Source: Myxococcota bacterium (GTDB taxonomy: Bacteria > Myxococcota_A > UBA796 > SXON01). From it: 64,000 bases of DNA. Position 1 is the first letter of the stretch. Each line of letters begins with the position of its first letter. Below, in pieces: positions 1 through 9,225 of this stretch. Below the pieces are notes generated by a model, which saw only the letters and a list, made by a program, of their open reading frames with translations, was not told the DNA's origin and did no database searches. The position numbers and the translations under genes were made by a program. Where the stretch lies: positions 59,191-123,190 of the forward strand of contig JAZKFH010000038.1 of NCBI GenBank assembly GCA_040386535.1. The letters are read 5' to 3'.

Positions 1-182
1 AGCGGGGCTTCCGCGCAGCGGGGCTTCCGCGCAGCGGGGCTTCCGCGCAGCGGGGATTCTGCGCAGCGGGGATTCCACGCCGCGGGGATTCCGCGCGGCG
101 GGGATTCCGCGCGGCGGGGCTTCCGCGCAGCGGGGCTTCCGCGCAGCGGGGCTTCCGCGCAGCGGGGCTTCCGCGCGGCGGG
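1..182. repeat. 16-bp tandem repeat (consensus AGCGGGGCTTCCGCGC), 11 full copies plus a partial, cut by the window's left edge
   Basis: Units read directly at 1,17,33,...,161 with a few substitutions (GGGGATT variants); each unit holds a GCGG-N5-CCGC mini-hairpin. Confidence 0.95.
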
Positions 183-192
183 CATACGCACC

Positions 193-228
193 TTGCCGGG
201 CCATCTTAGCAATGCTAAGATGGCCCGG
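193..228 (+). promoter_or_regulatory. Sigma70-like promoter (TTGCCG-N17-TAAGAT) overlapped by a perfect palindrome, probable TetR operator
   Basis: CCGGGCCATCTTAGCA-A-TGCTAAGATGGCCCGG at 196-228; -10 box at 216-221 lies 6 nt before the GTG start. Confidence 0.8.
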
Positions 229-833
229 TGAACGACCCCCTGACCCCTCGCCGCGCCCCCAAGCCGCGCTACCACCACGGCAAGCTCCACGAGGCGGCGC
301 TGCGGCGCGGCCGCGAGATCGTCGCGCTGTTCGGGCCCGACGCGCTCACCCTCCGTGGCCTGGCGCGCGAGCTCGGCGTGACAGCGACCGCGCTGGTCTA
401 CCACTTCGGTTCCCGGGCGGGGCTGCGCTCGGCGGTCGCGGCCGCGGTGCTCACGGACCTCGAGAAGGCTGCCTTTGGCGACGCCAAGAGCGCGGCGCGC
501 ACCTCACCGGAGGTGGTCGGGTCCGCCTGGGTCGCCTACGCCGAGGAGAACCCATTCCTCTACCGGCTCGCCTCGGGAGAAGGGTGGCGTGGCCAGCCCC
601 GGGTGCCTACCGGGCTCGACGCGGGGGGGCTGGCGGTGCCCTCACCCCGCCGGGTGCTGCAGACCGCGTTCGCGCGTCGCACCCGGCGGATCGGGCTCCC
701 CGCCGGCGATGAGGCGCGCGCCGAGCTCTACTCGTTCACCATTCACGGGCTGGCGCTGGCCCGGATGGACGGGGCGGGCCGGGACGCTGTGGCCCACGCG
801 TTGGGCCAGCTGCGCGCGGCGCCGCCGGGGTAG
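228..833 (+). CDS. TetR/AcrR family transcriptional regulator (copy 1)
   Basis: YHHGxL N-terminal motif and HTH LTLRGLARELGVTATALVYHF; 201 aa. Confidence 0.9.
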   Translation: MNDPLTPRRAPKPRYHHGKLHEAALRRGREIVALFGPDALTLRGLARELGVTATALVYHFGSRAGLRSAVAAAVLTDLEKAAFGDAKSAARTSPEVVGSAWVAYAEENPFLYRLASGEGWRGQPRVPTGLDAGGLAVPSPRRVLQTAFARRTRRIGLPAGDEARAELYSFTIHGLALARMDGAGRDAVAHALGQLRAAPPG

Positions 834-923
834 CGGGCCGGCGCCGACTGGCACACGGGCGCCGGCGCCGAGAGGCGGGCGCCTACGAGCGGCGCACCAT
901 CTGCGGCGCCGAGGGGCGAGCCC

Positions 924-1211
924 CTACAAGCAGCGCACCACCTGCGGGAGCGACTGGAGGTGCGCGTAGATCTCAAGCACCCGGGCGGCCGACGCGCAGG
1001 GGAGCGACATGCGCAGCGACAGGTATTTGCCGCCGCTCGACGGCACGCGCTCCACGCGGTCGGGCAGGTCGGCGACGTCGCAGAAGGTGGCGACCGACGC
1101 GAGCACGAGGTCAACGTCCGCGGGGTCCGAGCGCACGATCGCGCGGAACGCGTGGTCTGACGGGAAGGTGTGGTGCGCCTCGAGCAGCTCGAGGGGAGTG
1201 GGGCGGTCCAT
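924..1211 (-). CDS. DUF493/YbeD-like protein
   Basis: LLEAHHTFP...SSGGKYLSL...IYAHL pattern typical of DUF493; ATG at 1211. Confidence 0.75.
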   Translation of the reverse strand: MDRPTPLELLEAHHTFPSDHAFRAIVRSDPADVDLVLASVATFCDVADLPDRVERVPSSGGKYLSLRMSLPCASAARVLEIYAHLQSLPQVVRCL

Positions 1212-1354
1212 GCGGCGATCTAACCCGCCGCACGCGGACGTTGTCGGGGCGCGGGCGGCGCCGCCCTCCGCTCTGGGAGGGTGGCGCCGGGGCACCGCGC
1301 CCCTCGTCGGTCGCCCGACCGGTCGTGGCCCGCCACGATATCAGGCCCAAACCC

Positions 1355-4084
1355 GTGCCCCCGCCCCCCACCGATCCCCCTCCCGCCGATACCCCTCGGG
1401 CCGACGAACCGAAGCCTGCTGAGCGCGTGGGGCCGTGGAAGCTCGACCGGCTGCTCGGCCAGGGCGGCATGGCCCGCGTGTACCGCGCGGTGGGGGACGA
1501 TGGCGCCACGGTCGCGCTCAAGTGGCTGTACCGGGCCACGCCGGGCATCCTCGAGCGCTTCGCGGACGAGGTGCGCTTCCTGCAGCGGCTCGACCACCCG
1601 GGGGTCGTGGGGTACCGCGGCAACGGCGTGGAGCGCGGCTTGCCGTGGGTGGCGATGGAGTACGTCGAGGGGCAGGACCTGCGGGTCTACACGGAGAAGC
1701 TCCGGCTGCGGCCCCCGACGGAACGCCAGGTTCGCACGCGCGAGATCGCCGGCGCGTTGTGCCGGGCGCTCGGGTACGTGCACTCCCAAGGGCTGGTGCA
1801 TCGCGACGTGAAGCCGAGCAACATCCTGCTGGAGTCGCGGGGGCGGCTGCTCTTGACCGACTTCGGCGTGGCCTGTGCTGCCGACGAGGACCCGCCGAGC
1901 GGGGGCGCGCTGATCGGCACCGCCGCCTACGCCGCGCCCGAGCAGATCGCCGGGCGCCGGGTGGACGGGCGCGCCGACCAGTACGGCCTCGGCTGCACGT
2001 TGTACTACCTCCTCACGGGGCGCCGTCCCTTCGAGGAGACCGACACAGCCGCGCTCCTGCACGCCCACCTCGAAAAGACGCCGCGCCCGCCGTCGGAGCG
2101 TGATCCCACGGTGGCACCCGATCTCGAGGCGTTCGTGCTCCGCCTGATGGCGAAGGACCCCGGCGCGCGGTTTGCCGACATGGCCGACGCGGAGGCCGCC
2201 ATCTCCACTTCGGCGCCGGCCGGCCTGCCGCTCGCCGGGCGGCAGGCGACGATCGACGCGCTCGCCGCCGCGCTCGACCGGGTTGCCGCCGGGGAAGGCG
2301 TCGTGGTGCGGCTCGTGGGGCAGCGCGGGTCGGGAAGGTCGTGGATCCAGTCGCTCGCGCGGGAGGCTGCCGATCGGCGCGGGCTGGTGTGTGTCGCCAC
2401 GGACGACGCGACCGCGTTCGAGGCCGCCGCCGCGCGGGTCGCCGCCGGAACCGCGCTGCTCGTGGTCACGACGCTCCCGTCGGTCGGCGCGACCGAGCTC
2501 CTCCTCGCCCCGCTCACCCTGGCCGACCTGCGCCGCTCCGCCTACGCGTTCGCGCCCGCCACGCCCGATCTCGCGCGGGTGTCGGAGCGCCTGCACCGCG
2601 AGACCGGAGGCAACGCCGCGATGGCGCTTGAGCTGTTCGAGCGCCACGTCGAGAAGGGGCGCATCGTGCTGCCCGACGGCCCGCTCACCGTCGACGCGCG
2701 GCGGTTCGTCGACAACCTCGATCTGGACCAGGAAGCGGTCGCCGGCGCGCTCGCGGTCCTCGAGGAGCCCGCGCCCGTGTCGCTGATCGAGGCGGTGGCC
2801 CAGGTGCCCCCCGAGGCCGCGCTGGACGCGTTGGAGGCGCGCGGCGTGGCTGGCCGCACGGGTGACAGGTGGATGCTCGCCGCCGAGGCCCTCCGGGGCC
2901 CCCTGCGCGCGCGGATGCCCGACCCGGAGCAGGTCGAGGCGCGGGTGGCGGCCCTGGTGGCCCCGGCGACCGCCGCGGCGGTCGACCCGCTGCTCGGGGA
3001 CGTGGCGGGGTTGTGCGCGGCGGGGCGTGCGGCGGAGGCCGAGGCGCGCCTCGTGTCGGCCCTCGCGGGGCCCGAGGTCGGCGACGTGCGCGGGGCGCGG
3101 CTCGTGGCGCTCGGGCAGCTCCTGTGGGCCGCCGGCGAGGCGACCGGCGCGCGGGCCATCTTCGAGGAGTCCCTGACCACGCTGATCGATCCCGCTGCCC
3201 GGCGCCGCGCCACCGTGGCGCTCGGCATCGCCGCGCTCCAGACCGGTGACCTCGACCTGGCGCTCGACCGCTTCACCGAGGCCGCCACCGACGCCGACCT
3301 CGCGGGGGACGCCCACACCGCCGCGCTCGCGCTCATGCACCTCGCCGAGGCCCGCGCGTTGGCGGGCGGCCTCGCGGACGCCCTCCGCGCCGCCCGTCGC
3401 GCCCTTGCGCTCGCCGAGGGCCTGCGCGATCGCGCGCTCGAGTGCGCCGCCATCCGGCACCTCGGGCAGGTCCTGCTCGACGCCGGGCTAGCCGCGGAAG
3501 CGGGCCGGCACCTCGCGGACGCCTCGGCCCTTGCCCGCGCGGCCGATCTCGCCGAGGAGCGCATCGCCGCCCAGGTGCTGCGCGCCCGCGCCACGCTCGA
3601 AGAGCGCCCGGAGAGCCGCACCGCCGCGGCCTCCGCGCTCGATCGTGTGCTCCCGCAGCTCCGGACCGTCACCCCGCCCGTCGGCGGACCGCCGGCCCCG
3701 GCGCGGCCCGACGACCGCGACCCCGAGGGCTTCCGGCTGCTCGCGCGCTGCGTGTGGGCCAACGCCGCGGGCAACCTCGGCGACGTGCGCATGTACCGCC
3801 GCGCCCTCGCTGAGGCCGATCCCGCCGCTGCCCGCGGCCGCCTGTCGCTCCGCCTCCGCGCCGACGTGCTCCTGGCCCGCGCCGCCCTCTCCGTCGGGGA
3901 CCTGCCGGAGGTCACCACCCGCGCCCGCCGAGTCGTCGTCGAGGCCACCGCGCGCGGGTTCGGGCTCCTGGCCTGGGAGGCCGAGCGCTTGTTGGCCCGC
4001 GCGAACGGCGCGCCGCTGCCGCCGCCGGGCGAGCTCGTGCGCGGCCTCGACGCCGAAGCGGTGCGCGGGCTGGAGCGCCGGTAG
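1355..4084 (+). CDS. Ser/Thr protein kinase with degenerate P-loop region and TPR-like helical C-terminus (start uncertain)
   Basis: LGQGGMARVY, VALK, HRDVKPSN, DFG and APE motifs; GQRGSGRS Walker-A-like segment; Ala/Leu-rich helical repeats. Confidence 0.85.
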   Translation: MPPPPTDPPPADTPRADEPKPAERVGPWKLDRLLGQGGMARVYRAVGDDGATVALKWLYRATPGILERFADEVRFLQRLDHPGVVGYRGNGVERGLPWVAMEYVEGQDLRVYTEKLRLRPPTERQVRTREIAGALCRALGYVHSQGLVHRDVKPSNILLESRGRLLLTDFGVACAADEDPPSGGALIGTAAYAAPEQIAGRRVDGRADQYGLGCTLYYLLTGRRPFEETDTAALLHAHLEKTPRPPSERDPTVAPDLEAFVLRLMAKDPGARFADMADAEAAISTSAPAGLPLAGRQATIDALAAALDRVAAGEGVVVRLVGQRGSGRSWIQSLAREAADRRGLVCVATDDATAFEAAAARVAAGTALLVVTTLPSVGATELLLAPLTLADLRRSAYAFAPATPDLARVSERLHRETGGNAAMALELFERHVEKGRIVLPDGPLTVDARRFVDNLDLDQEAVAGALAVLEEPAPVSLIEAVAQVPPEAALDALEARGVAGRTGDRWMLAAEALRGPLRARMPDPEQVEARVAALVAPATAAAVDPLLGDVAGLCAAGRAAEAEARLVSALAGPEVGDVRGARLVALGQLLWAAGEATGARAIFEESLTTLIDPAARRRATVALGIAALQTGDLDLALDRFTEAATDADLAGDAHTAALALMHLAEARALAGGLADALRAARRALALAEGLRDRALECAAIRHLGQVLLDAGLAAEAGRHLADASALARAADLAEERIAAQVLRARATLEERPESRTAAASALDRVLPQLRTVTPPVGGPPAPARPDDRDPEGFRLLARCVWANAAGNLGDVRMYRRALAEADPAAARGRLSLRLRADVLLARAALSVGDLPEVTTRARRVVVEATARGFGLLAWEAERLLARANGAPLPPPGELVRGLDAEAVRGLERR

Positions 4085-4089
4085 GTTTC

Positions 4090-4105
4090 CCCCGGTCGCC
4101 CGGGG
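4090..4105. terminator. Short GC hairpin between convergent genes, possible terminator
   Basis: CCCCGG-TCGC-CCGGGG between stops at 4084 and 4112. Confidence 0.3.
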
Positions 4106-4111
4106 CGCGAG

Positions 4112-5173
4112 TCAGCTCCGGCGCCGCCGCACCGCCGCCACGCCCGCCAACGCGAGCAGCCACGCGCCGCCGACCGGCGAGGCGGTCGCGCAGAACATGC
4201 TCTCGGAGGAGTAGTCCTCGCCCACGGCGTCCGGACGAACGGGGTCCTCGTCGATGTCGCTCACGGGGCCGGCGTCGGTGTCCGCGTCGGTGTCCGTGTC
4301 GGAATCTGCGTCCGTGTCGGCGTCCGTGTCGGCATCGGTGTCCGCGTCCGTGTCGGAGTCGGTGTCCGCATCGGTGTCGGTGTCGGTGTCCGTGTCGGTG
4401 TCTGCGTCGCCTTCGAGCTCCGCGTAGCTGTACACCGGCGTGTAGCCCTCGATCCAGGTGATGAACGAGTCCACCCGGGTGCCACCGGTGTAGCCGCCGT
4501 CGCAATACGTACTGTCGTCGTCTGAGACGAACGAGTTGACGCCAGCCAGCTCGTAGGCGTTGGTGCCGAGGATCTTGAGGGCGGCGCCGCCGGAGTCGCC
4601 CGAGCAGACGTTCTGGTCGTCCACGGGGTCGTACCCGTAGATGAACATCGAGTCGTAGTCGTACAGCGGGATGTCCGCGGTGCGCTTCTTCGACGAGTCC
4701 GTAGCGTTGTCGGACGTGATGCCCCAGCCGACGTAGCGGAAGTCGTCCCCCACGTCGGAGCTGCGGATGCCATCCTTGTGGACCGGCATGATGTCTACGC
4801 TCGTGATGTTGGTCTCGAGCTCGATGATGCCGATGTCGTTGCTGAGCGTGGAGTCGTTGTAGCTCGGGTGCGAGATCCAGCGCTTCGCGTAGGCGTAGTC
4901 GGTCACGCCGGCGTCGCTGTTCAGATCGTACCCGACGATGAGGATGAGGTTCGGGTAGCCGGTGCGCTCGTTGTCATCCATCGCGACGACACAATGGGCG
5001 GCGGTGAGCACCCAGTCGCTCGCGATGAGCGTGCCGGAGCAGAAGTTGTAGCCGTACCCGTCGTTGTCGGCGGCGTAGAGCGTGACGACCTGGCCGTAGT
5101 CTCGTGTCGTCGAGCCGTTGACGATCGGGGGCGCCTCCTGGGCGAAGGCGGAGGTCAGGACGGCCAGGAGCAT
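4112..5173 (-). CDS. Secreted trypsin-like (S1) serine protease with Asp/Thr linker and MYXO-CTERM-like tail
   Basis: Signal peptide, IVNG mature N-terminus, TAAHC, DIGII and GDSGG triad motifs; C-terminal Cys, hydrophobic stretch and RRRRS. Confidence 0.9.
   Translation of the reverse strand: MLLAVLTSAFAQEAPPIVNGSTTRDYGQVVTLYAADNDGYGYNFCSGTLIASDWVLTAAHCVVAMDDNERTGYPNLILIVGYDLNSDAGVTDYAYAKRWISHPSYNDSTLSNDIGIIELETNITSVDIMPVHKDGIRSSDVGDDFRYVGWGITSDNATDSSKKRTADIPLYDYDSMFIYGYDPVDDQNVCSGDSGGAALKILGTNAYELAGVNSFVSDDDSTYCDGGYTGGTRVDSFITWIEGYTPVYSYAELEGDADTDTDTDTDTDADTDSDTDADTDADTDADTDADSDTDTDADTDAGPVSDIDEDPVRPDAVGEDYSSESMFCATASPVGGAWLLALAGVAAVRRRRS
4271..4408 (-). repeat. Coding low-complexity (DT/DA/DS)n repeat in the protease linker
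   Basis: Hexamer repeats encoding DADTDTDTDTDT... Confidence 0.9.
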
Positions 5174-5255
5174 GGGAACCTCGACAACGGCGAAGCATAG
5201 CCCGTGCCTCGACCGCCCGCGCCCAGGGCGCAAGACGGGCGAGAGCCGAGGCGGT

Positions 5256-6515
5256 TCAGGGGAAGCGCCGCCGCCGTGCCGCAAGGAGCATGGCCGCGAG
5301 GCCGAAGAGGCCGACTGGGGCCACCGGAGCGGCGCCTGCCGCGCACCCACAGCCGCCCGGCTCCTCTTCGGGGCCGGCCCGCGTGGCCCGCGGCGGGTCG
5401 CGCTCACGGCCCTGATCGGCGGGATCCGGCTCCTCCACGGGGGCCTCGTCGGTGTCGACCTCGTCGGTGTCGGCGGGCTCGCCGTCCTCGCCGGTGTCGT
5501 CAACCGGGTCGGTGCTGTCGAGCTCGCCGACACGCCCGTCGAACGTGGCGGTGAGGATGAACGCTCCGGGGAACTCCTGGGAGCCCACCCACGTGTCGAC
5601 CGCGATCCAGACCTCGCCGGGCTCGACCTCGACCGACAGGGTCGTGTCGTCACGGGCGACACACGCCGCGCCGTCCGCCGCGGTGAGCACGTGCACGTCA
5701 ACGTCTACGCCCACGTCGTCGCTCACGAGCACCTCGAGGGTGCCCGCCGTGGCGGCCTCGAAGCGGTAGAGCACCTCGGGGCCGGACTCGTCGGTGTCGG
5801 GCGCGCAGGCGTAGCTGTCGATGCGGTCGGAGGCGGCTCCGGCGGTCCACCGGAAGTCGCTGAAGGGGAACGACGTGATGTCGCGCGGAGCGCCGCGGGT
5901 GCCGGTGCTCGCGCCGTCGGTGATGTCGTCGAAGCGGATGGGCTGGTAGCCGTCCACGTAGGACCAGCCGCCGGTGGCGTTGAGCCGCACCTTCTCGCCC
6001 GAGCCAGAGGCCTCGTAGAACACCGGCCAGCCAGCGTCGGTCTCGTGGGTGAACAGCACGACGTGGCTGCCGGGGTCGTTCACCGCGTCGCCGCGCTCCA
6101 CGTCCGCCCACTCGATCTCGGACGTGGGCCCGCCGCCGAAGGAGGAGGTGGAGTAGTGGTCGGTCTCCCAGACCATCGAGACGAAGCCGGAGCAGTCGAC
6201 GCCGGTCGTGCAGGAGAGGATGCCGTGCCAGGAGTGGCTGCCGGCGCCCGCGCCGTCGGCGATCTCGTCGTCGAACTCGTCGAGCGTGACGTAGCCGCCC
6301 CAGTCGTAGGGCAGGCCCGTGTAGGTGCCGGGCGGGTAGTCGCTCTCGTAGTCGCCGTCGGTGCAGTCGGCGTACTGGTTGGCGTTCGACGCCGCCCACA
6401 CGTGCGAGGCGTAGCGGGCGGCGTTGTCGAGCACGGCCTCCCGCGGGATGGCGTGGGCCGCGGGGACCACCACCTGGCCGAGCCAAGGCACGAGCAGGGC
6501 CAGCAGCGCGATCAT
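5256..6515 (-). CDS. Secreted NlpC/P60-like cysteine hydrolase with MYXO-CTERM tail
   Basis: GLPYDWGG, GVDCSGFVSMVW and PGSHVVLF motifs; tail GGCGCAAG-hydrophobic-RRRR. Confidence 0.75.
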   Translation of the reverse strand: MIALLALLVPWLGQVVVPAAHAIPREAVLDNAARYASHVWAASNANQYADCTDGDYESDYPPGTYTGLPYDWGGYVTLDEFDDEIADGAGAGSHSWHGILSCTTGVDCSGFVSMVWETDHYSTSSFGGGPTSEIEWADVERGDAVNDPGSHVVLFTHETDAGWPVFYEASGSGEKVRLNATGGWSYVDGYQPIRFDDITDGASTGTRGAPRDITSFPFSDFRWTAGAASDRIDSYACAPDTDESGPEVLYRFEAATAGTLEVLVSDDVGVDVDVHVLTAADGAACVARDDTTLSVEVEPGEVWIAVDTWVGSQEFPGAFILTATFDGRVGELDSTDPVDDTGEDGEPADTDEVDTDEAPVEEPDPADQGRERDPPRATRAGPEEEPGGCGCAAGAAPVAPVGLFGLAAMLLAARRRRFP

Positions 6516-7336
6516 CGCGACACGCGGACGAGGTGCAGCCCGTCGGTCCGCGGGTCGAGCCAGCCGATGCCGCCGTCGGGCGCGACCGCCACGTCCTGCG
6601 CCGGCGTGTACAACCGGCCGCGAACGGGCAGGGACACGGTGACCCGGCCCTCGAGCGAGATGGCCATGCGCGACACGGCGCCGTCGTTCATCGCCTCGAC
6701 GACCAGCCAGTCACCGAGGAGCCGGCCGCCGCCCCGCCCCGTGAACGTGGCGATGGTCTCGCCGTCCACCAGCAGGGAGCTGCCCGAGCGCACGACGCGC
6801 CGGGCCGGAGGCACCAGCGAGGCGCCCTGCGGCGGCGAGAGCGCGCCCGACATGGTGACGAGGGCCAGGGGGTGCCCATTCCCGAAGGGATCGATGGCGA
6901 GCACCAACGGCTCGTCCAGGGCGAGGCTGCCGCCCCCCGGCACGATGCCGGGGAAGGCCTGCTCGTCGAGGAGGGTGCCGCGCGTGTCATAGGTGCGCAG
7001 GGTGCGCGCCGAGCCGTCCATCACCAGTAGGACGCCCGCGGTGGTGAAGGCGAGGCCGTCCGCACCGGGCACGGCGAACCGGGGGCCGCCCACCACGACT
7101 ACCTGCCGCCGCACGGGATCGTAGACCGCCGCGGCCTCGTCCGGGCCGAGCGCGAGCAGGTCGGGGCCGATGGCGGGCGACTCCGCCGCGGCCGGGCGCA
7201 GCCCGACCTCCGTCCACGACAACACCACGTCGAGCGTGATCGGCGCGGGCGCCACGGGATCCGGCCCCCCGACCAGCACGGGCTCGGCGGCGAACGACAA
7301 CGAGGACAACGAGAGTGGAACCAGCCAGAGAGGCAT
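6512..7336 (-). CDS. Secreted hypothetical protein, possible beta-propeller
   Basis: GGAGGGAG RBS, signal peptide, beta-rich repeats; ATGA overlap with the downstream NlpC gene. Confidence 0.65.
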   Translation of the reverse strand: MPLWLVPLSLSSLSFAAEPVLVGGPDPVAPAPITLDVVLSWTEVGLRPAAAESPAIGPDLLALGPDEAAAVYDPVRRQVVVVGGPRFAVPGADGLAFTTAGVLLVMDGSARTLRTYDTRGTLLDEQAFPGIVPGGGSLALDEPLVLAIDPFGNGHPLALVTMSGALSPPQGASLVPPARRVVRSGSSLLVDGETIATFTGRGGGRLLGDWLVVEAMNDGAVSRMAISLEGRVTVSLPVRGRLYTPAQDVAVAPDGGIGWLDPRTDGLHLVRVSR

Positions 7337-7430
7337 GCTCCCTCCAACGGGCAAAGGGGTAAGCGCCGACCCTCCGTTCGGCTATGGGCGTTCTCGACAG
7401 AAAGTGACCTTCCTGTCGTATCCTCGCCCG

Positions 7431-9218
7431 ATGCACGCCCTCCCCCTGATGCTCGCGGCGCTCTGCACGCTGGCGATTGCGTACCGCTACTACAGCGCTT
7501 TTCTCGCCGCCAAGGTGCTCGCGCTGGACGAGTCGCGGGTGACCCCGGCCATCCGGCGCAACGACGGGCAGGACTACCACCCCACGAACCGGTGGGTGTT
7601 GTTCGGGCACCACTTCGCCGCCATCACGGGCGCCGGGCCGCTGATCGGGCCCGTCCTGGCGATGCAGTTCGGCTACCTCCCCGGGTACCTGTGGATCCTG
7701 TTCGGCGTGTGCCTCGGCGGGGCGGTGCACGACTTCGTGATCCTCTCGGCGTCCGTGCGTCGCGACGGGCGCTCCCTCGCCGAGATCGCCCGCGCCGAGA
7801 TCTCGCCCCTCTCGGGCCTCGTCGCCTCCATCGCCATCCTCTTCATCGTCGTCATCGCCCTCGCCGGGCTCGGCCTCGCCGTCGTCAACGCGCTCTACGA
7901 CTCGGCTTGGGGCACCTTCACCATCGCGATGTCGATCCCGCTCGCGCTCGCGATGGGCGTGTACCTCTACAAGATCCGCCCCGGCAAGGTGGGCGAGGCG
8001 ACCGCCTTCGGCGTCGTCGGCATGCTCGCGGCCGTGGTGCTCGGCGAGCCGCTCGCACGCTCGGCGTTCGCGCCCTGGTTCACCCTCTCGAAGGACGGCA
8101 TCACCTACGCGATCGCGACCTACGGCTTCGTGGCGTCGGTGCTCCCCGTGTGGCTCCTGCTCTGCCCCCGCGACTACCTCTCGTCGTTCATGAAGCTCGG
8201 CACCATCGCCGCGCTCATCCTCGGCGTGCTCTTCGTGAACCCCGAGCTCCACGCGCCGGCCCTCTCGCAGTTCGTCGACGGCGGCGGGCCCATCGTGCCG
8301 GGCACGCTCTTCCCGTTCGTGTTCATCACCATCGCGTGCGGCGCCATCTCCGGCTTCCACAGCCTCATCGCCAGCGGCACGACGCCCAAGATGTTGATGA
8401 ACGAACGCGACGCGCGGGCCATCGGCTACGGCGCGATGCTGCTCGAGGGGCTCGTCGGCATCACCGCGCTCATCGCCGCGGCCTGCCTGCACCCGGGCGA
8501 CTACTACGCGATCAACGTCGCGACCGAGAAGTTCACCGCCATGGGGCTCTCGATGGTGAACCTCGACACCTTCGAGCACGAGATCGGCGAGGCGCTGGCG
8601 GGGCGGCCGGGGGGCGCGGTGTCGCTCGCCGTCGGCATGGCGCAGATCTTCGCGGCGTTCCCCGGCATGAAGGGGCTGCTCGGGTACTGGTACCACTTCG
8701 CCATCATGTTCGAGGCGCTGTTCATCCTCACCACGATCGACACCGGCACGCGGGTCGCCCGGTTCATCGTGCAGGACTTCCTCGGGCGCGCCTCTCCCAA
8801 GCTCGGCCGCACCGACTGGATCCCGGGCACGGTGCTCGCGACGGGCCTCGTCGTGTTCGGGTGGAGCTACTTCATCCTCACCGGCAGCATCGACACCATC
8901 TGGCCGATGTTCGGCATCGCCAACCAGCTCCTCGCGGCGGTCGCGCTCTGCGTCGGCACGACCGTCCTCGTGAACGAGGGGCGCGGCCGGTACGCCTGGG
9001 TGACGATCCTGCCGCTCGCGTTCGTCGCGACCACTACGCTCACCGCGGGCTGGATGTCGGCGGTCGACAAGTTCCTGCCGATGGGCGGCGTGAAGGGCTA
9101 CCTCAACGCCGGGCTCATCTTCGTGATGATGGGCTGCGTGTTCGTGGTGCTGGGCGAGTCCGCGTTGCGATGGTGGCGGGTCGGGACCGGGAAGATCGTG
9201 GTGAAGCGGGCAGCGTAA
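7431..9218 (+). CDS. cstA: Carbon starvation protein A family transporter
   Basis: [29 protein letters not shown] and [11 protein letters not shown] signature motifs; multi-TM. Confidence 0.95.
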   Translation: MHALPLMLAALCTLAIAYRYYSAFLAAKVLALDESRVTPAIRRNDGQDYHPTNRWVLFGHHFAAITGAGPLIGPVLAMQFGYLPGYLWILFGVCLGGAVHDFVILSASVRRDGRSLAEIARAEISPLSGLVASIAILFIVVIALAGLGLAVVNALYDSAWGTFTIAMSIPLALAMGVYLYKIRPGKVGEATAFGVVGMLAAVVLGEPLARSAFAPWFTLSKDGITYAIATYGFVASVLPVWLLLCPRDYLSSFMKLGTIAALILGVLFVNPELHAPALSQFVDGGGPIVPGTLFPFVFITIACGAISGFHSLIASGTTPKMLMNERDARAIGYGAMLLEGLVGITALIAAACLHPGDYYAINVATEKFTAMGLSMVNLDTFEHEIGEALAGRPGGAVSLAVGMAQIFAAFPGMKGLLGYWYHFAIMFEALFILTTIDTGTRVARFIVQDFLGRASPKLGRTDWIPGTVLATGLVVFGWSYFILTGSIDTIWPMFGIANQLLAAVALCVGTTVLVNEGRGRYAWVTILPLAFVATTTLTAGWMSAVDKFLPMGGVKGYLNAGLIFVMMGCVFVVLGESALRWWRVGTGKIVVKRAA

Positions 9219-9225
9219 GGCAGGG

